Shown: piece by piece, positions 36,001-49,543 of the stretch | How positions within the stretch are numbered: position 1 is the first letter of the stretch | Layout: each line of letters begins with the position of its first letter | NCBI RefSeq assembly: GCF_041956535.1 | Contig: NW_027192192.1 | Location: forward strand, 1,149,980 to 1,213,979 | DNA: 64,000 nucleotides | Direction: 5' to 3' | Source of the DNA: Calcarisporiella thermophila CBS 279.70 | Taxonomy: Eukaryota > Fungi > Calcarisporiellomycota | Program-made: the position numbers and the translations under genes | Notes under the pieces: model-generated | What the model was told of the DNA's origin: nothing | What the model saw: the letters and a program-made list of their open reading frames with translations, nothing else | Database searches by the model: none

Positions 36001-37788
36001 GGGGCCATATGTGTCAAAACCTTAGACCCATCGAGGCCAATCCAATAGAAGGACGTATTGGGGAACTAGATATTCAAAGCCAGCATAAGCACCACTGTTG
36101 TTTTGTTAAAGAAAAAGCAAATACATACTCTATTGATGTTATTCCACGATAATTTTTGTGTAAAAAAATATTTCATGCCCGATTTCACGATAATTTGAGG
36201 GAGCTGAATAAAAACTTGATGTAAATGATTTTAACGAATAAAAAACATTAAAACCAGTTGCTCACCTGAGAAGAATACCCGAATGTATCGGGTAGCCAAA
36301 ATACCTTACAGCGATGTCCAAAGTTTTTCTCAAAAAATCTTTGTCTATAAGGAATATATTCTATTTTGGTGCCTAAAATCATTAAACGATTAATGAACAA
36401 AGTATCATACCCGTAAAGAAATTGGCGACAGAATGATTCTCCGCTTGGAACATTACAGTCCATCTCAACCCAAGTCTAATTAGGATATATAAAAATGTAG
36501 CAATGATAAAAGCAAGGGGATCAATAGAACTCACTCCCCCAATAGGTATGAATCGCCCTTGCTTCGCCATCTCTTGCACTTCTGCAAATAGCTCCGGATA
36601 CAGTTCTTTTAACCAAGCAAATTGTTGCGCTTGGGATGCGGTAAATTTGAACTCAGGATATTGCTCCATTAAACGTATTTGCCGGGAGAAGCTGCGTGCA
36701 ATCTTTCGCTTTGTTTCGTCAAAGGGCCAGAGCCATGCGGTGTCTTAAAAAAAAATTCAATACGTGAAGACACAATTGAAAGCTGGTGTCGACTTACCTA
36801 TGTGGCAATTACCAATCGCTGTAATCCGGTGTCCATGGTCACCAGCCGATATTTTCAAATATTCGGCCGCAACTTGTCTGGCACGTTTTATCGACTCAGG
36901 ATCGTCCAAACTAAAAGTATTAATTATCTCGTTAGCAGTATACAATGCATCGGCTGCTCGCTGACTGTCAGCAGGCAAATCTGAAGCCATCTGGCGTATT
37001 ATCTCGAAGTCATGCAGTAGCTGCCAGACTTCTTTGCGAGGGACAGCAAGGTCGGCCGTCGAGAGAGTGAAGAATCGATTGGGATCGGGAGGTTGAATGG
37101 TACCAGATCCGTTGCCAAAGAGAGCGTTGCACGCCATTTCAACATAGAAAGTATATTTATCATCTCCGCGGGCACACTGGGTAAGGATATATTCGCGGTG
37201 AACATTACCGCCGTCGTCAGAGCCAGTAAAGCCTTGCAGGGGAATACCATCTGAAGACCAAAGTAGGGCTTCACTTCTGTTGTCCCAAACAAACCAGACT
37301 TCTTCTCCTGCCCAGTCTGCAGGAATTCGGAGCTTCACTTGAAACCAATGAGTGGACTAGAAGTAAGGAGAAAAACTTATGAGCACGTACGCCAGAATAA
37401 TATACGCCCTCGAGTATGGGCAGCTTTTTCTTTTGAATTTCAAAAAACTAGTCGTGAGAGTATACTTGCCCAGCTTGGTCCAAACCGTTCCCCGATATGA
37501 GTGGGGCGGTATTTTGCTTTAACTGCTTCAGCAAAAGGAATGCGTTGTAAATTGGGGACAGAGTAGACATTTAGTTCAATGAATTCGGGCAAATTGGTGC
37601 GATGTTTTATTAGTTGTGAGTGCAAGTTAACATCCTCAAATGAGGAGGAGGAGATAAAATTACGAAAGCGCCCAAGGTAAATGTCGCGTAAGATACGAGG
37701 GGTAGAACGAACCTTTAAGAATATAAAGAGGTGAAGTGTTTGCTAAATACTCTTCAATGCTATCGAAATAGCTACTGACTTCTGCCAT
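33051..37788 (-). CDS. AMS1: Vacuolar/cytosolic alpha-mannosidase (GH38), many introns
   Basis: [77 protein letters not shown]. Confidence 0.95.
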
Positions 37789-38569
37789 AATATCGGAAGC
37801 AATTGAGGAGTAAGTTTTCAATTTTTTTTCTCAGGTATTTCGATTTTAATTTTATATCCAAGAGATGCTGCGTGCAACTTGCTCAGGTGAGCATACCGGG
37901 GTAAGTGGTTAGTGGCAAATTTGTAGATTAACCCAATATGAATAAATTTCTATTGAAGATTATTGAGATAAATGCAAATGTTCTTTTTTTTTTGTTTCAT
38001 CATTTCATTAGCTTAATAAGATGAAGCACACATCAGGCAATAAAGAGATAAAGAACTTTTTACTCACAACATCCTGGGGATCTCATAAATAACCCTCAAT
38101 ATGTTAAGTTGGTAGCCAAACCCACGGTATGGTGGGTGAAAGTTTTCACCCTCATGCGAATGTATAAACGAATGATGGAAAATAGAGGTAGAAGTGTAGG
38201 GATTAAATATCTACTCATATGACTAGAGAAAGCAAAGGTGTTAGGAGACAATTAGTAGCGTACTCTGAATATTTCATCTATATTGTGATGTCATAAGGCT
38301 ACCTTCATACGCGATATGTCACAAGCCCGAAAAATGTCGATACACAAGCAAATCTACTTGTCCTGGACTGAAAATCGTTTGTGTGGCTTATAGTGTGTAG
38401 TATGGATAACATTTCTTGAGTTGGAAACAAGTGAATATTACAAAGAATATCCAAGAGACATTACTAAATATTTCCCACGATAAATCTTGTAATTCTGACT
38501 CAACTTTCATCCACCATGATATAAAAGCTAGGCTACTATCAGAACTTCATCTGCAATTCCCTTTTGAAC

Positions 38570-39417
38570 ATGGCGACTAACGGAGATTTCACCCCGCAAT
38601 CGTATACTGCTCTCAACCGAGTAGGTCGCCACGCTGAGCGCGGCCATTATGATAGGGAAACTGTATATCGTCTTTTGGATGGGGGTAAAATTGCTCATGT
38701 TGCATTTTCGCTACCTCGCAAATCGCCGCACTCCGAAGAGGAAGAGGATTGGCCCTTCGCAATGCCAATGACTTATGCACGCATAGGTATTAAATTTTTC
38801 GTAGGACTATTTGGCGACCCGTTCAGGATAGAATTCTTATTCTTTACTTATATGTTATAGATGATACGGTTTATTTGCATACATATATCTCCTCCCGTAT
38901 TGGCAAGGGCGTGGGGAGAAAAGAACATGAGGATCCGGCAAGAGTATGTATTACTGTCACCAACGTTGACTCGCTTATACTAGCTTCCAGCGCATTCTCT
39001 TCTTCTCTCGACTATCGGTCTGTATGTGTATTCGGCTACGGTCGTTATGTTGAGGATGAAGAAGAGAAGGCTACGGCTCTCAAGGCTATCACAAACCAAT
39101 TCTTTAAGGTTACGGGCGGAAAGGGCACAACGAATGACGACGAGGGAAATCGTTGGGACGATGCTAGAATACCCACAAAGATTGAGATCAAGAGTACTAG
39201 AGTTATGGCAGTGAAAATCGAGACTGCAAGTGCCAAGATACGAGATCTTGGACTGATTGATAATAAGGAGGATATTGAGGACCCCGAGGTGTGTTCGCGA
39301 GTGTGGTCGGGGGTGATTCCAATTCGTACAGTGTTTGGCGAGCCGGTGACTTCGGAGCACACTAAGGTTAAGGAGCCGCCAGAGTATGTGAGACGACTTG
39401 TGGGGAAGAGTATATGA
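38570..39417 (+). CDS. Pyridoxamine 5'-phosphate oxidase-like / NimA-type flavin-nucleotide-binding protein
   Basis: RGHYDRETVYRLLD, VCITVTNVDSLILASSAFSSSLDYRSV, ASAKIR, VWSGVIP. Confidence 0.85.
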
Positions 39418-39531
39418 TGTATATTTGGGTCGGAAATTCTTATTTGGATCATCACATTCATTTTCTCATGAAACGGTGGAAATGTGTCTATAACGATTAT
39501 AGTGAAGTTTGTCTATTCTATAATATGAAGC

Positions 39532-40501
39532 TTATTCGGATTCATCTCCGAATAGTATCTCCCCTCGCCCACTAATCCGTCTATCCTTTTTCAGCACTCC
39601 TTGCTGCCTCTGTAAATCAAACTGCCTCCTAGTGTCCGGCACTGACGAGGATTGAAATAAATCATTGGAAGAAGATTGAGTTGAAGTTGGAGGTTCTCTT
39701 CTCTCTCGTTTTTTCGCCGGTTCCTCTTCTTCCTCTGATTCTAGCTCAGATTCACCGCTCGATAAGAGAGGATCTTGCTCCTTACGTTTCTTACCAAATC
39801 CTTGAAGGGCCGGTGTGTTCGTAGATATCGCGAGGCCAGTGTCTTTAAGCTATTTACACAATAAATGGTAAGGTTCATTCTCTCTCAATAGAATGAGAAT
39901 AGAAATAAGCACCATGGCGGGCACACTTTCACTTTGAACAGGACCAAAAGGTGGTGGCAAGTTCATCTTGTTCATCAAGTGTAAAACTTGTGTATAAAGC
40001 TTCGGAACCGTAGCTATTGCATTTGCGATATTTTGCAGAGTCTCAGGAGTAGGTGGGGGATAGCGGTATCTAAGATTGGGATCGGGCGGATATCGTATTC
40101 TGTGAGATTAAATTATTAGAATTTAACAACATTAAATGAAAGCATGTCAAGATTCACCCATGCTCATTAGAAATTGGTTCTGCATCTTTCATCTTGAGCT
40201 TTTTTTTCCGTCTCTTCCTCTCAAATAATGGCTCGTCTGTTGACGATTGCGGATGTGAAGGTAAGGACGTATTTGATACAAAAGGAATTGTTGATGGAGG
40301 GGGAATATGAGGTTGAAAATGAGCAGGAGGAGGAAAATGGGAGATCGGGCTAGGCATGCCGGGTTGCGATTGGTGCTGAGGTGGGAGAATGAATTGATTA
40401 TTAAACGAAGAAGAAGAAGGAGGAGGAGGAGGAGGAGCTGGCGGCAGTGGATGTAGTGGAGGTTGCCAAGCGGGTCGCGCGTAATTGTGTTGATTCGACA
40501 T
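39532..40501 (-). CDS. RNPC3 / U11-U12 65K-like protein lacking recognisable RRMs (3 exons)
   Basis: YPPDPNLRYRYPPPTPETLQNIANAIATVPKLYTQVLHLMNKMNLPPPFGP and SSGESELES match the conserved central region of RNPC3 as I recall it. Confidence 0.8.
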
Positions 40502-40668
40502 GATCAAAAGTCGAGCGCTGAACAACGCGAAATTTTCAAATTCGGCTGCCATTATATGCCATTTTAAGTCACACATTTTTTGACAGTTGGATTTTTAAAA
40601 TAATACAAAAGCAAAATTTATCTAGAAAACATACAATGAAGCTAATATAATCAATATTATTAAAATAA

Positions 40669-43600
40669 TTATATAAAAGGGTTCTTAGCATCTCCGTTTG
40701 CTAATGATCCTTTGAGGAAAGGATTATCTATTATAAATAAATGTCAGCGCTAAGTGAACGAGTTCCTCTCGAAACCACATCGACCCTGGCTTACCTTGCT
40801 TAGACTTTTCTTTTGTCTTTCCATTTCCATTCCCATTTTCAAGGGCCATCTTTTTGAAAAGAGGAGCCCTTATTTCAGAATCCTTTGCAACCACGCCTTT
40901 TTCTTCGTTCTCATTTTCCTCATCGACGGCGCGCTTAGCGGGTATCTGTCTCTGCTGCCAATGTGCGACTTCTTTTTCAGAGTTTTCTTCCTCGATATTG
41001 TCGTTGGGTTCGCCATTGCTGAATTTGGAGTGTATGAGATTCATGCGTTCGGCCAGTGCAGGGAAGTGATGGAACATAGCGATTTTGATAGCAGCATCAA
41101 GGGATTTAGGGGTGTGGAGGAGAGTGGCGAGATCAAGAGCACGTTGGATACGCTCGCTTTTGCATGCAAACTTTATAAGATATAAGGAGATAAGGAATTG
41201 CTGCTTTTTCTAGTGATAGAGAAATGGGTAATGATTACCTGAATCATTTGTAAGAGCATCTTGTCCATTTCTAAATCGGTACGTGTAAACTCTTGTCGCT
41301 TTTCGTGTAAAATTCCCTTTGCCTCTGCCTCTTCTTGTTCATAAGTAATCATGAGAGAGGTGCGCAAGAAGCTGAACAACAAATCACGTGTTAATGTCCA
41401 ATGCTAATTAGTTTCGACTTATTGTCACCTACTTTTCCTCTAATGCACCTCGACTTGAGTCTAGTTCAGCGAGCGGAATCTTGAGTTCCACCTCTGCCAA
41501 AAGTGGTCGAGGGAAGTGGGGATAGTGTTCGGTCCCTTTGAGCGGCACGCAGTGGAAAAAGTTTCTTGTAACACCCACAGCCCAATACCGCTCTTTCTTC
41601 CCGCGTGTATCCAACAGCGGAACCCAATTTCCTTCTCGGGGGTATCTAAATCGATCTAATATACACAGTATTCCGTCCGTGTCGTATAAAGCGGGGACAC
41701 CGTTTTCCGTAAATCCTATCCAGGCCAATTTTGCTCCCTTTCCCAGTGGAATAGTTCCCTCTTGCACAGTTTCCCGCGTCTCGACGTTGAGCAAGGTGTA
41801 GCCCATGTTTGCGGTGCCTGCAAATCCTGAACCACGATGGTGAAGGATAAAGACCAGATCCTCGTGACCTGCCATTGATACAATATGATTCGAACGGAAG
41901 ATATGGGATTGAACACCGCTATTTGTAAATGTGCGGATATAATCTTTGGAGGTATGGACAATGGCCTTTTTTCTTGTGAGGCAGATGGCTAGAAAAAGGC
42001 AATTAAAATCAGCGGAAAATTCATCCAGATATGTCGATGATGTTCGATCCTCACCCTTGATATCCTCTCCCGTAGGCATATTCATCTGCCATTCGCTTCT
42101 TATTCCCCAACCTTCGAAAGGCTTGTAGAGTATTGAACTTGGACTTGATTCATGCGATTTCACTGCAAACAAAGCCCCCTTCTCTCCCAAATAGGCCATG
42201 GAATAGTTGTATATATCTTGGAAATGAATGTCTCTTCGGGTTGATTTGTCATGGAATTCTATAGTGACCGTAGAGCGTATATCTTGTTCGACTGTATGAA
42301 TAACTCCGATCATATTAAATGCTACCATTATTCAAAAGGATTTGATGGTTAGTGTTGGGTAGAAACAGCCATATGGCATCTTGAGCCTTACCCAGATATC
42401 TTCTCCCACTCTTCATGGGTGTACTACCGGGCTGGAAACAATCCTGCAGCGGCACATAGCCTTAGGGCATAAGTTGGACATTTAGATAAAAGCTCTGCAA
42501 TATAAAAAGGTCTCTGTATTCACCTAAATTGTCGATCACTTTTTTTGTCACAGCAGCTTTTTCCTCCTCAGTGACCCGGAATTCCGCATATCCAGCACCA
42601 TCATCGTCTTCTACGAAATCGTCGACATCCGAAAGCTCAATTCCATCTTCATCTCCGCCTCTTCCATTCAATGCTAAAAAAAAGGATTTACTATGGGCAG
42701 ATAATTAGGAGAGAGTAGATGATTGACAAACCAAATATCGGCCTATCTTCCCTAGCCTCCTCTTCATTCTCCGCAGTGATCGCGTGTTCTTTCGAAAAGT
42801 TATTGGATGCATCCACTAGTTTGGAGAGGTGCAAAGGAGCATTGGGTTGACTAGCTGGATGCGCCATTTCGATTGGAATGATTTGCTCTTGAACCATTAG
42901 TTGGCCAATGCAGTCAACATAGGCGAGTGAGTTTTCGGACGGGTGCCACGACATGCAAGTAATACGTGTCTGGTGCTTTATCCTAGAGATACAGAAATTT
43001 CAGCATTTTCTCAGGTTTAACCGAGAGAAAGTCGAGGAATAATACCGGAAGAGGAGTTTTCTAGATTCTGCTTCCCATATTGTCAACTGGCTATCTAGGC
43101 CTGCACTCCCAAGATAACGTCCGTTGGGCGACCATGCCAACGTAGAGACATTCTATTATAAATGATGAATAATTGATATGTATGGATTTAACCTAGTAAA
43201 TAGTGTATCTGGTGCACCCACTTGTTCATGGCCATCTTGAAAAGTAAACGCCACCGACCAGGTGCCTTTAGAATAAGCAACGATATCCTTATTTTTCCCC
43301 GGAACTACGAAGTAATTCCCTGAGGGATGCCAAGCTACTGTACAAAGCTCACGGGATCTTTTAATGGATTGGAAATTTAGTACTTGAAAGTGTAGTTAGC
43401 TGAGAAACGAGGGCCTACTCTGGTTCCGTCGGTACAATGACATTCTCCAAAGTCTTTATGCACTTTGGTTCCACCCCCAATTCCCATATCTTAACCAACG
43501 CGTCACATCCTGTTGAAACCTGAAAAATAGTATAGGGTTAGGACCATTTCTCTATATTCCTGGCTTGAGGAGGACCAAATAGGAGAGAATACCAAAAAAT

Positions 43601-44249
43601 CACCAGATGGATCAAAGGCAACCCACTTAACAGACCTTGTATGGCCCTTAAGCGTTACCACTTGGCTAATATTTGTTAAATTTACTAAACGAATATGCTG
43701 TTCGCTATATCGAAGAATTGATCAGTCAAAAACAATAATTCAATTTTAAGTACTAGTATATATAAGTAACGTACTCGGAGGCAACAGCGATTTGTACCCC
43801 CGCGCGTGGGCTAAATGCCACAGATCTCACTGGTAAGACTGCACGATAGATCAATCCTTCAAAGCTTTTGCTCGGGAATTTAAAATGAGCCACAGAACCA
43901 TCTTCGTCACAAGTGATAAAGTCTCTTCCCTAAATCCCAAATTGGAATTGAATTTTTTTACAAAGCGAGTAGGAAAGTCAGATACTTACATAAACTGCTA
44001 CGTGATGAACTGAATCATTGTGTTGTTCTATAGTGAAAGCCTCAGCTTCTTCATCCTTGGTCTGAAACAGACGTATAAGACTGTCATTCCCCACAGTAAT
44101 TATGTGACTATAATGGAAGGGAGAAAATAAGATAAAGAGCCAGATAATGGAGAGAAAAGAAATCACCTTCCGTCTGACGAGTAGGCTACAGCTGTATGAC
44201 CCTCAGTGTGTGCGAAGCGTGGATGAACTTTATGGAGGTGGGAGGTCAT
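40669..44249 (-). CDS. CTF4: Ctf4/Mcl1/SepB (WDHD1) replisome WD40 protein
   Basis: RFAHTEGHTAVAYS, WD40 repeats, FQPGSTP..RRYLAFNMIG, TIEFHD, YWAVGV, YPHFPRP. Confidence 0.92.
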
Positions 44250-44313
44250 GTTGCTTTCCCGCTCTTTATTGCTATCAAAGAAATAAAGGGGAAATAAAAT
44301 ACACCTTCGGGGA

Positions 44314-44375
44314 GCGCGTAAAAAAAAATCTGGCGAAACGCGAACTTTTCAGTTGAACCCTTAATTTTTCGCGAA
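44314..44375. promoter_or_regulatory. Cluster of MCB/SCB/E2F-like CGCG elements upstream of CTF4
   Basis: GCGCGTAAAA, AAACGCGAA and TTTTTCGCGAA within ~60 bp upstream of a G1/S replication gene. Confidence 0.4.
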
Positions 44376-44595
44376 TCTAAGCCACACTTTGATGGCGTTC
44401 ATGCTTCCATTTCGATCGCAGATGAGATCCTGTTGTTTTCGACCTTTAATTGGCGAGAACGATTTTGCCGTTTTCCTCTCCCCCCAAACTACAATCCACT
44501 CTTCCCCACAACTCTGCAAGCCTTTGCTATCCGAATCTTATTTCCTATTCCCTGTCAAAACTATCGCCATAACTCGAGCTTTTCCAACGCCAGTT

Positions 44596-46459
44596 ATGAC
44601 CGAATCTGCCAAGAAATCAGTCGACCTTTCTCGCTCCATCTCGCTTGTGTCTCGCCGTACTGGCACCGGAGGGTCTAACTCTTCTGACGAGCATCCGCAC
44701 CCTGCTGAACTCCTCTACAACCGACTGGTTGCATGGAAGAGAGTGGTGAAGGACCTTATTTCGTATTTCAAGGAATATGCAGATGCTCTCGAAACTGCCG
44801 CTCGAGCATATAATAAGGCATCCGAAAAGATCGAAATCCCTTTCAAGGATGCCCATATGTTTATGGGAAAGGATGGTGTTCAGGATTTATTTGCGAGTGT
44901 TCGAAGTGCGACGAAAGATATCGTAGATAGGTACATCAAGTTTGCAAAGTATATTGAAGATACAATCATAAAGGATTTGACGAGATTGAAAGTAAGCTAT
45001 AAATCATCGATGGGGGCGTGGGAGTTGGCTAATCCTTGATTGTTTTTTTTTATCACAGGAAGAAGTTAAAAAGCATATCCAGCACATCCAAAAGGACAGC
45101 CTTTTATCGAACAACAATCTTCTCTCACTCCGTGAGGCTACGTAAGTATATAGGGTTTCTATTTCATCGCCAATTTTAAAGCCATCTAACTCGAATTGAT
45201 ACCGGCAGCAAACGGAAGATCCTTGAGCTTAGCCAAAGTATTGCTCTCGCTGAGACTTCGCCCAAAGAGCTTAAGGATAAGCATGATCCTTTCCTTGTTA
45301 ATATCGGTAAGATATGCTCTATATGATTCCTTCGGTAGAAAACTGGTAACCAACCCCAACGACCCACATTATGTTTTAGGCATTCAACGTCTTCTAGAAA
45401 AGGAAACCAATGAGGAGAACAGTGTTCATAAAGCTCTCCTGCAAACGCAGGAGAAAATTTCGTCCTTCGACACCTATATTAATGAACGACTTCGGGACGT
45501 CGTTCAGGCATGGCACGAGCAAGTTACGGAAAATGCCGAGGGAATGAAGGCCTTGTCGTCTCGATCGGCTGCGGTCGCCAATGCTCTTCATCCTGAGAAA
45601 GAGTGGAAAGACTTCCTTGCTCGCCATCAAAGCCACCTGCTTGATCCAAGTGTGCCGTTCAAGAATGCGGAAGATGTGGCCTACTCACAGCGCGACCACC
45701 GACTTGTCGAGCCGGTGACGTCGGGCCGGCTTCAGCGAAAAGGGATGATGGGAAGGTGGTCGGACAGGTATTTTGTGCTGACTCCGTCTGGATTCTTGCA
45801 CGAGTATAAGTCCTCGGACATCCGCACCGAGGATCCGGAGAATTCGATTTATGTGCCTGGCTGCTCGCTTGGTAAGGGCTTACAAACCTGTGCAAGGGGT
45901 CACCGGAATGCCTAACGTGTTCCATGTAGGAGCCCACTCCCAGTCCAACCTGCCCGAGAACTCGTTCGAGCTAATCGAGGGCAAGAAGGCCGGGCTTTTA
46001 AGCCGCGAGCACAAGCACGTGTTGCGAGCGCCCGACCGGGAACATATGTTGAGCTGGTGGAGCAGTCTTCAGAATTTGGCTGAAGTTTCGATGGTTCCTC
46101 ACCGCCCCACGCAAGAAGCAACACCACCCCCTGCGGAACCCGCCGCCGCGGCCGCTGCGACTTCGACTCCCCCTGCCACCGAGAAGCCAAAGGAAGCTGA
46201 CGCGGCGGCTGCCGAAAAAGCTCCAACCACGGAAGCGTCCAACGGTGGAGGGCAGCAGACCCCTCCCACGGCTGCGGGACAACAGCCTCCCACTGAAACT
46301 CCCCCCGCTGCAACCGACCAACAAAATCCAGGGGCTGCCGCGGCTGAGACTCACCCGGCATCCGACGGCCCGCAACCCAAATTTACCAAGGTTGAGGCAC
46401 CCCAGGCGGCTGAGAGTGAATCCGCGGGCGGACCAATTGTGGACGAAGAGAAGAAGTGA
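44596..46459 (+). CDS. Slm1/Slm2-like BAR + PH domain protein
   Basis: LLYNRLVAWKRVVKDLISYF (BAR-like); SGRLQRKG..WSDRYFVLTPSGFLHEYKS and RAPDREHMLSWW (PH). Confidence 0.85.
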
Positions 46460-47324
46460 GGAGGGGCCGCTCCCTCTTCTTCCAGCTTACACTCTCCAGC
46501 TCGACCCTAATCTTTAATTCCTCTGCTTGCCTATGTGTAATAATAATAATATTTTAATTAAGCAAGTGCTTATGCGAGTGGCAATGATTTAGTTTTCTGT
46601 GGAATAAAAAAGGCTTTTTGGTGCGACGACGCGAAGATCATAGGAGAATTCTTTTTTTGATGCTTGCGTTGCACACTGTGTTTATCTTTAGGGGGGGAAT
46701 TTCTAAAGTCACCAAATTGGCGAGGGACCGGCGGAAGGAGTTTGGATGGATAAATTTTCTCAGGGACAGGCTGTATATTGGGGGCCTTAGTAACCTCCTT
46801 TACCATTTGGGCCGGGATGGAGGCAGAGGCGGCTGAGCTCCAAAAAGCCGCCCTCGCCTTCGGAGCCATGGATGTTGAGTTGGATTTTATTTCTTATTTT
46901 CCCCTCTGCTGAAAGAGAACGGGTTGAAACCTCTTTTTGGCTCGCCGCTCCCATTTCCATCCACATCATCCCTCTTCCCCCACTCCATCCCGCCAGATCT
47001 TCTCCATCATTGCATTCTGCGCATTTCTGGATCCTGCCTTTCTCTTCCCATACCATCTGGATCACTTCCACTCGTCTCACTCTTCTATCCCACCCCCTCT
47101 CATTGCATTACATCGAAGTCGACAGTAGATGCATCCCCCCCATTAACTGACTCACTGGTCCATCGGGAAAAGAAAAAAAAACCATCGCTTCTTCGTTTCT
47201 CTTTACAAATATAAAGGCCATCTTTTGCCTCCGCCCGATCTAACGGAATTAAATTGTCAAGATTACGAATTCATCGGGTACATTCATTGCTTGATCTGGG
47301 TAACACGTGAATCCTTGTCTGAAT

Positions 47325-48690
47325 ATGGGGCTGTGTTTATCGGCGGAGGAGCGGTTCGAGCGTGAGAAGAGTCTTGCCATCGATAAGCAGTTGGAAGAGG
47401 ATAGTCGACGGACGCTACGAGAATCTAAGATTTTACTCCTTGGTAAGCGAATCCTTTGAATTTTGTAAAAATCCATGTTTATCCGCTCATTGTGATCTCC
47501 TTTAACCTTAGGGAGCGGCGAATCGGGCAAATCAACCATCGTCAAGCAAATGAAAATTATCCATCAAAATGGGTATACCCAAGCTGAACTTGAATGGTGG
47601 CGGACAACGGTATATAAAAATGTGCTCGAATCTATTCAGTCAATAGTGCGGGCCATGCGCAAACAGGGCGTGGGATTTGATCGACCTGAAAACAACAAAC
47701 ACGCAACCTTTGTTCTAGATTATGAAGTGTCCTTAGAGCCACAGTTTCGATTATCCTCACCATTCGTGGAGTCGGTTGAATCTCTCTGGCTCGACAGAGC
47801 TCTCCTAAAGTTTTTAGATTTATATGCTGGCGAGTTTTATTTGATGGATTCCGCACCATAGTGAGTGGCAGAAATTTGGGGCATTGTTTCCCTCTCCGTC
47901 CTTACCCTTGCTCAACCCTTCTTGTGCTTTTTCTCGCTAGCTTCTTTGATGAGATCAGAAGGATCGGTACGTCCTCCTATCTTCCAACGCAGAACGACGT
48001 CCTCCGAGCTCGACTCAAGTCCACCGGCATTTCCGAGACTAGATTTACAATGGGGCAGCTAAGTATTCACCTCTTTGATGTGGGCGGACAGCGCTCTGAA
48101 CGAAAAAAGTGGATCCACTGCTTCGAGGCTGTAACCTCAATCATCTTCTGTGTCGCACTCTCAGAATACGACCAGGTAAATTTTCCTCTAAACACCTCTC
48201 TTCCTCCTCTAACGGAGCAGCGCTGACTTTTTCCTCATTTTGAATCCAGCAATTGCTTGAAGAGAGTGGGCAGAACCGAATGATAGAGAGCCTGGTGCTC
48301 TTTGAATCGGTGATCAACAGTCGATGGTTCTTACGAACAAGCATCATCCTGTTTTTGAACAAATTCGATTTATTTAAGCGGAAACTACCTAGAGTGTCTT
48401 TATCTAGATGTTTTCCCGAATACCAAGGTAAGTGTCCTCCTCTCCTCTACACTCGTAACGGTTCACGCAAATGCTGACCCGACCCTACCCTTATCTTTTT
48501 CGCAGGCGGTCCTGACGTGACTAAAGCAGTCAAGTATATCGCTTGGAGATTCACCCTCCCAAATCGTGGCAAACTGCACATATACCCGCATCTGACAACG
48601 GCTACGGATACCGCAAATGTGAGGCTCGTATTTGCAGCGGTTAAGGAGACGCTACTTCAAAATGCCCTTAAAGACTCGGGAATTCTATGA
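47325..48690 (+). CDS. Heterotrimeric G-protein alpha subunit (fungal group III, cAMP-type)
   Basis: MGLC myristoylation/palmitoylation start, [26 protein letters not shown]-terminus LKDSGIL. Confidence 0.95.
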
Positions 48691-49543
48691 TCTCCCTCTT
48701 CATCTTCCCCACACCCCCTCCCCCCCCACCACCACCACCTTTTTTATTCATTTTTCTGCAAGCTAAAACTGTTATTTTACCCAGCTCATCCAAAGTAATC
48801 TATGTTTATTTTTACTTTCCATTAGGTTGGGAGCCACTCCCTGCGATTTTCTTCCTATATTAATTTGTGAGATTGCTTCCTGTCCTCTCTTGTGTTTTTG
48901 TTGTTGTTCTTTTATGTTGCATTTATTTTATTTTCCCAAAAATTTTATCACCATCTTCCTACAAAAGGGATTTCATGCGGTGATACAAACCCGCAAATGT
49001 ACGAGTTGGTTTTTCAGAAAAGAAATTTGGTGACGTTGCTCAAAAAAAAAATGAGCGAAGTTTTTTATTTTTGCTGCTGCTCTTTTTTACTTTTGAATCT
49101 TTTTCATTCTTCATCCTCTATAGCACGCCCATTCCTTTTTCTTTTCTTTTATTTATTAACTAATTACAAACCAAAAGAGAGTCACTCTTCTCTTTTTTTG
49201 TGTATTTTTTCCCGCCTCTTCTACTCTTCAATTCTTGTGCATTGCAATTCTAGCTTTTTTATCTTACGAGGGACTATGGACCCCTCCTAATTGATTTGCC
49301 TTTTATCGCCACTCTATGTTTTTTTATTGCCTCTACCTCGGGCGTAGTTTATGATTGCATCTCCTCTTCTGCGTTTTATATTGTCTTCTATTTTTCCATT
49401 CACTTTTTTCCTCCTCAACTTCGTCTTTTTACCTCCTAATAATTAATATTCTCCTCATCCCCCCATTTTTGTACTTCTTTTATTGCTTGGAGGAACGCGA
49501 TTGTCTTCTCCGTGAAAGAAACGCAGCTTCAAAAACTTGATTA

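Noticed and set aside
38119-38150. Adjacent hairpins CCCAC/GTGGG and GGGTGAAA/TTTCACCC
   Set aside because: Short and isolated, with no supporting ncRNA or transposon features.
47289-47310. TTGATCTGGGTAACAC resembling part of a TPP riboswitch
   Set aside because: The pairing CCAG strand and the CTGAGA motif are absent.
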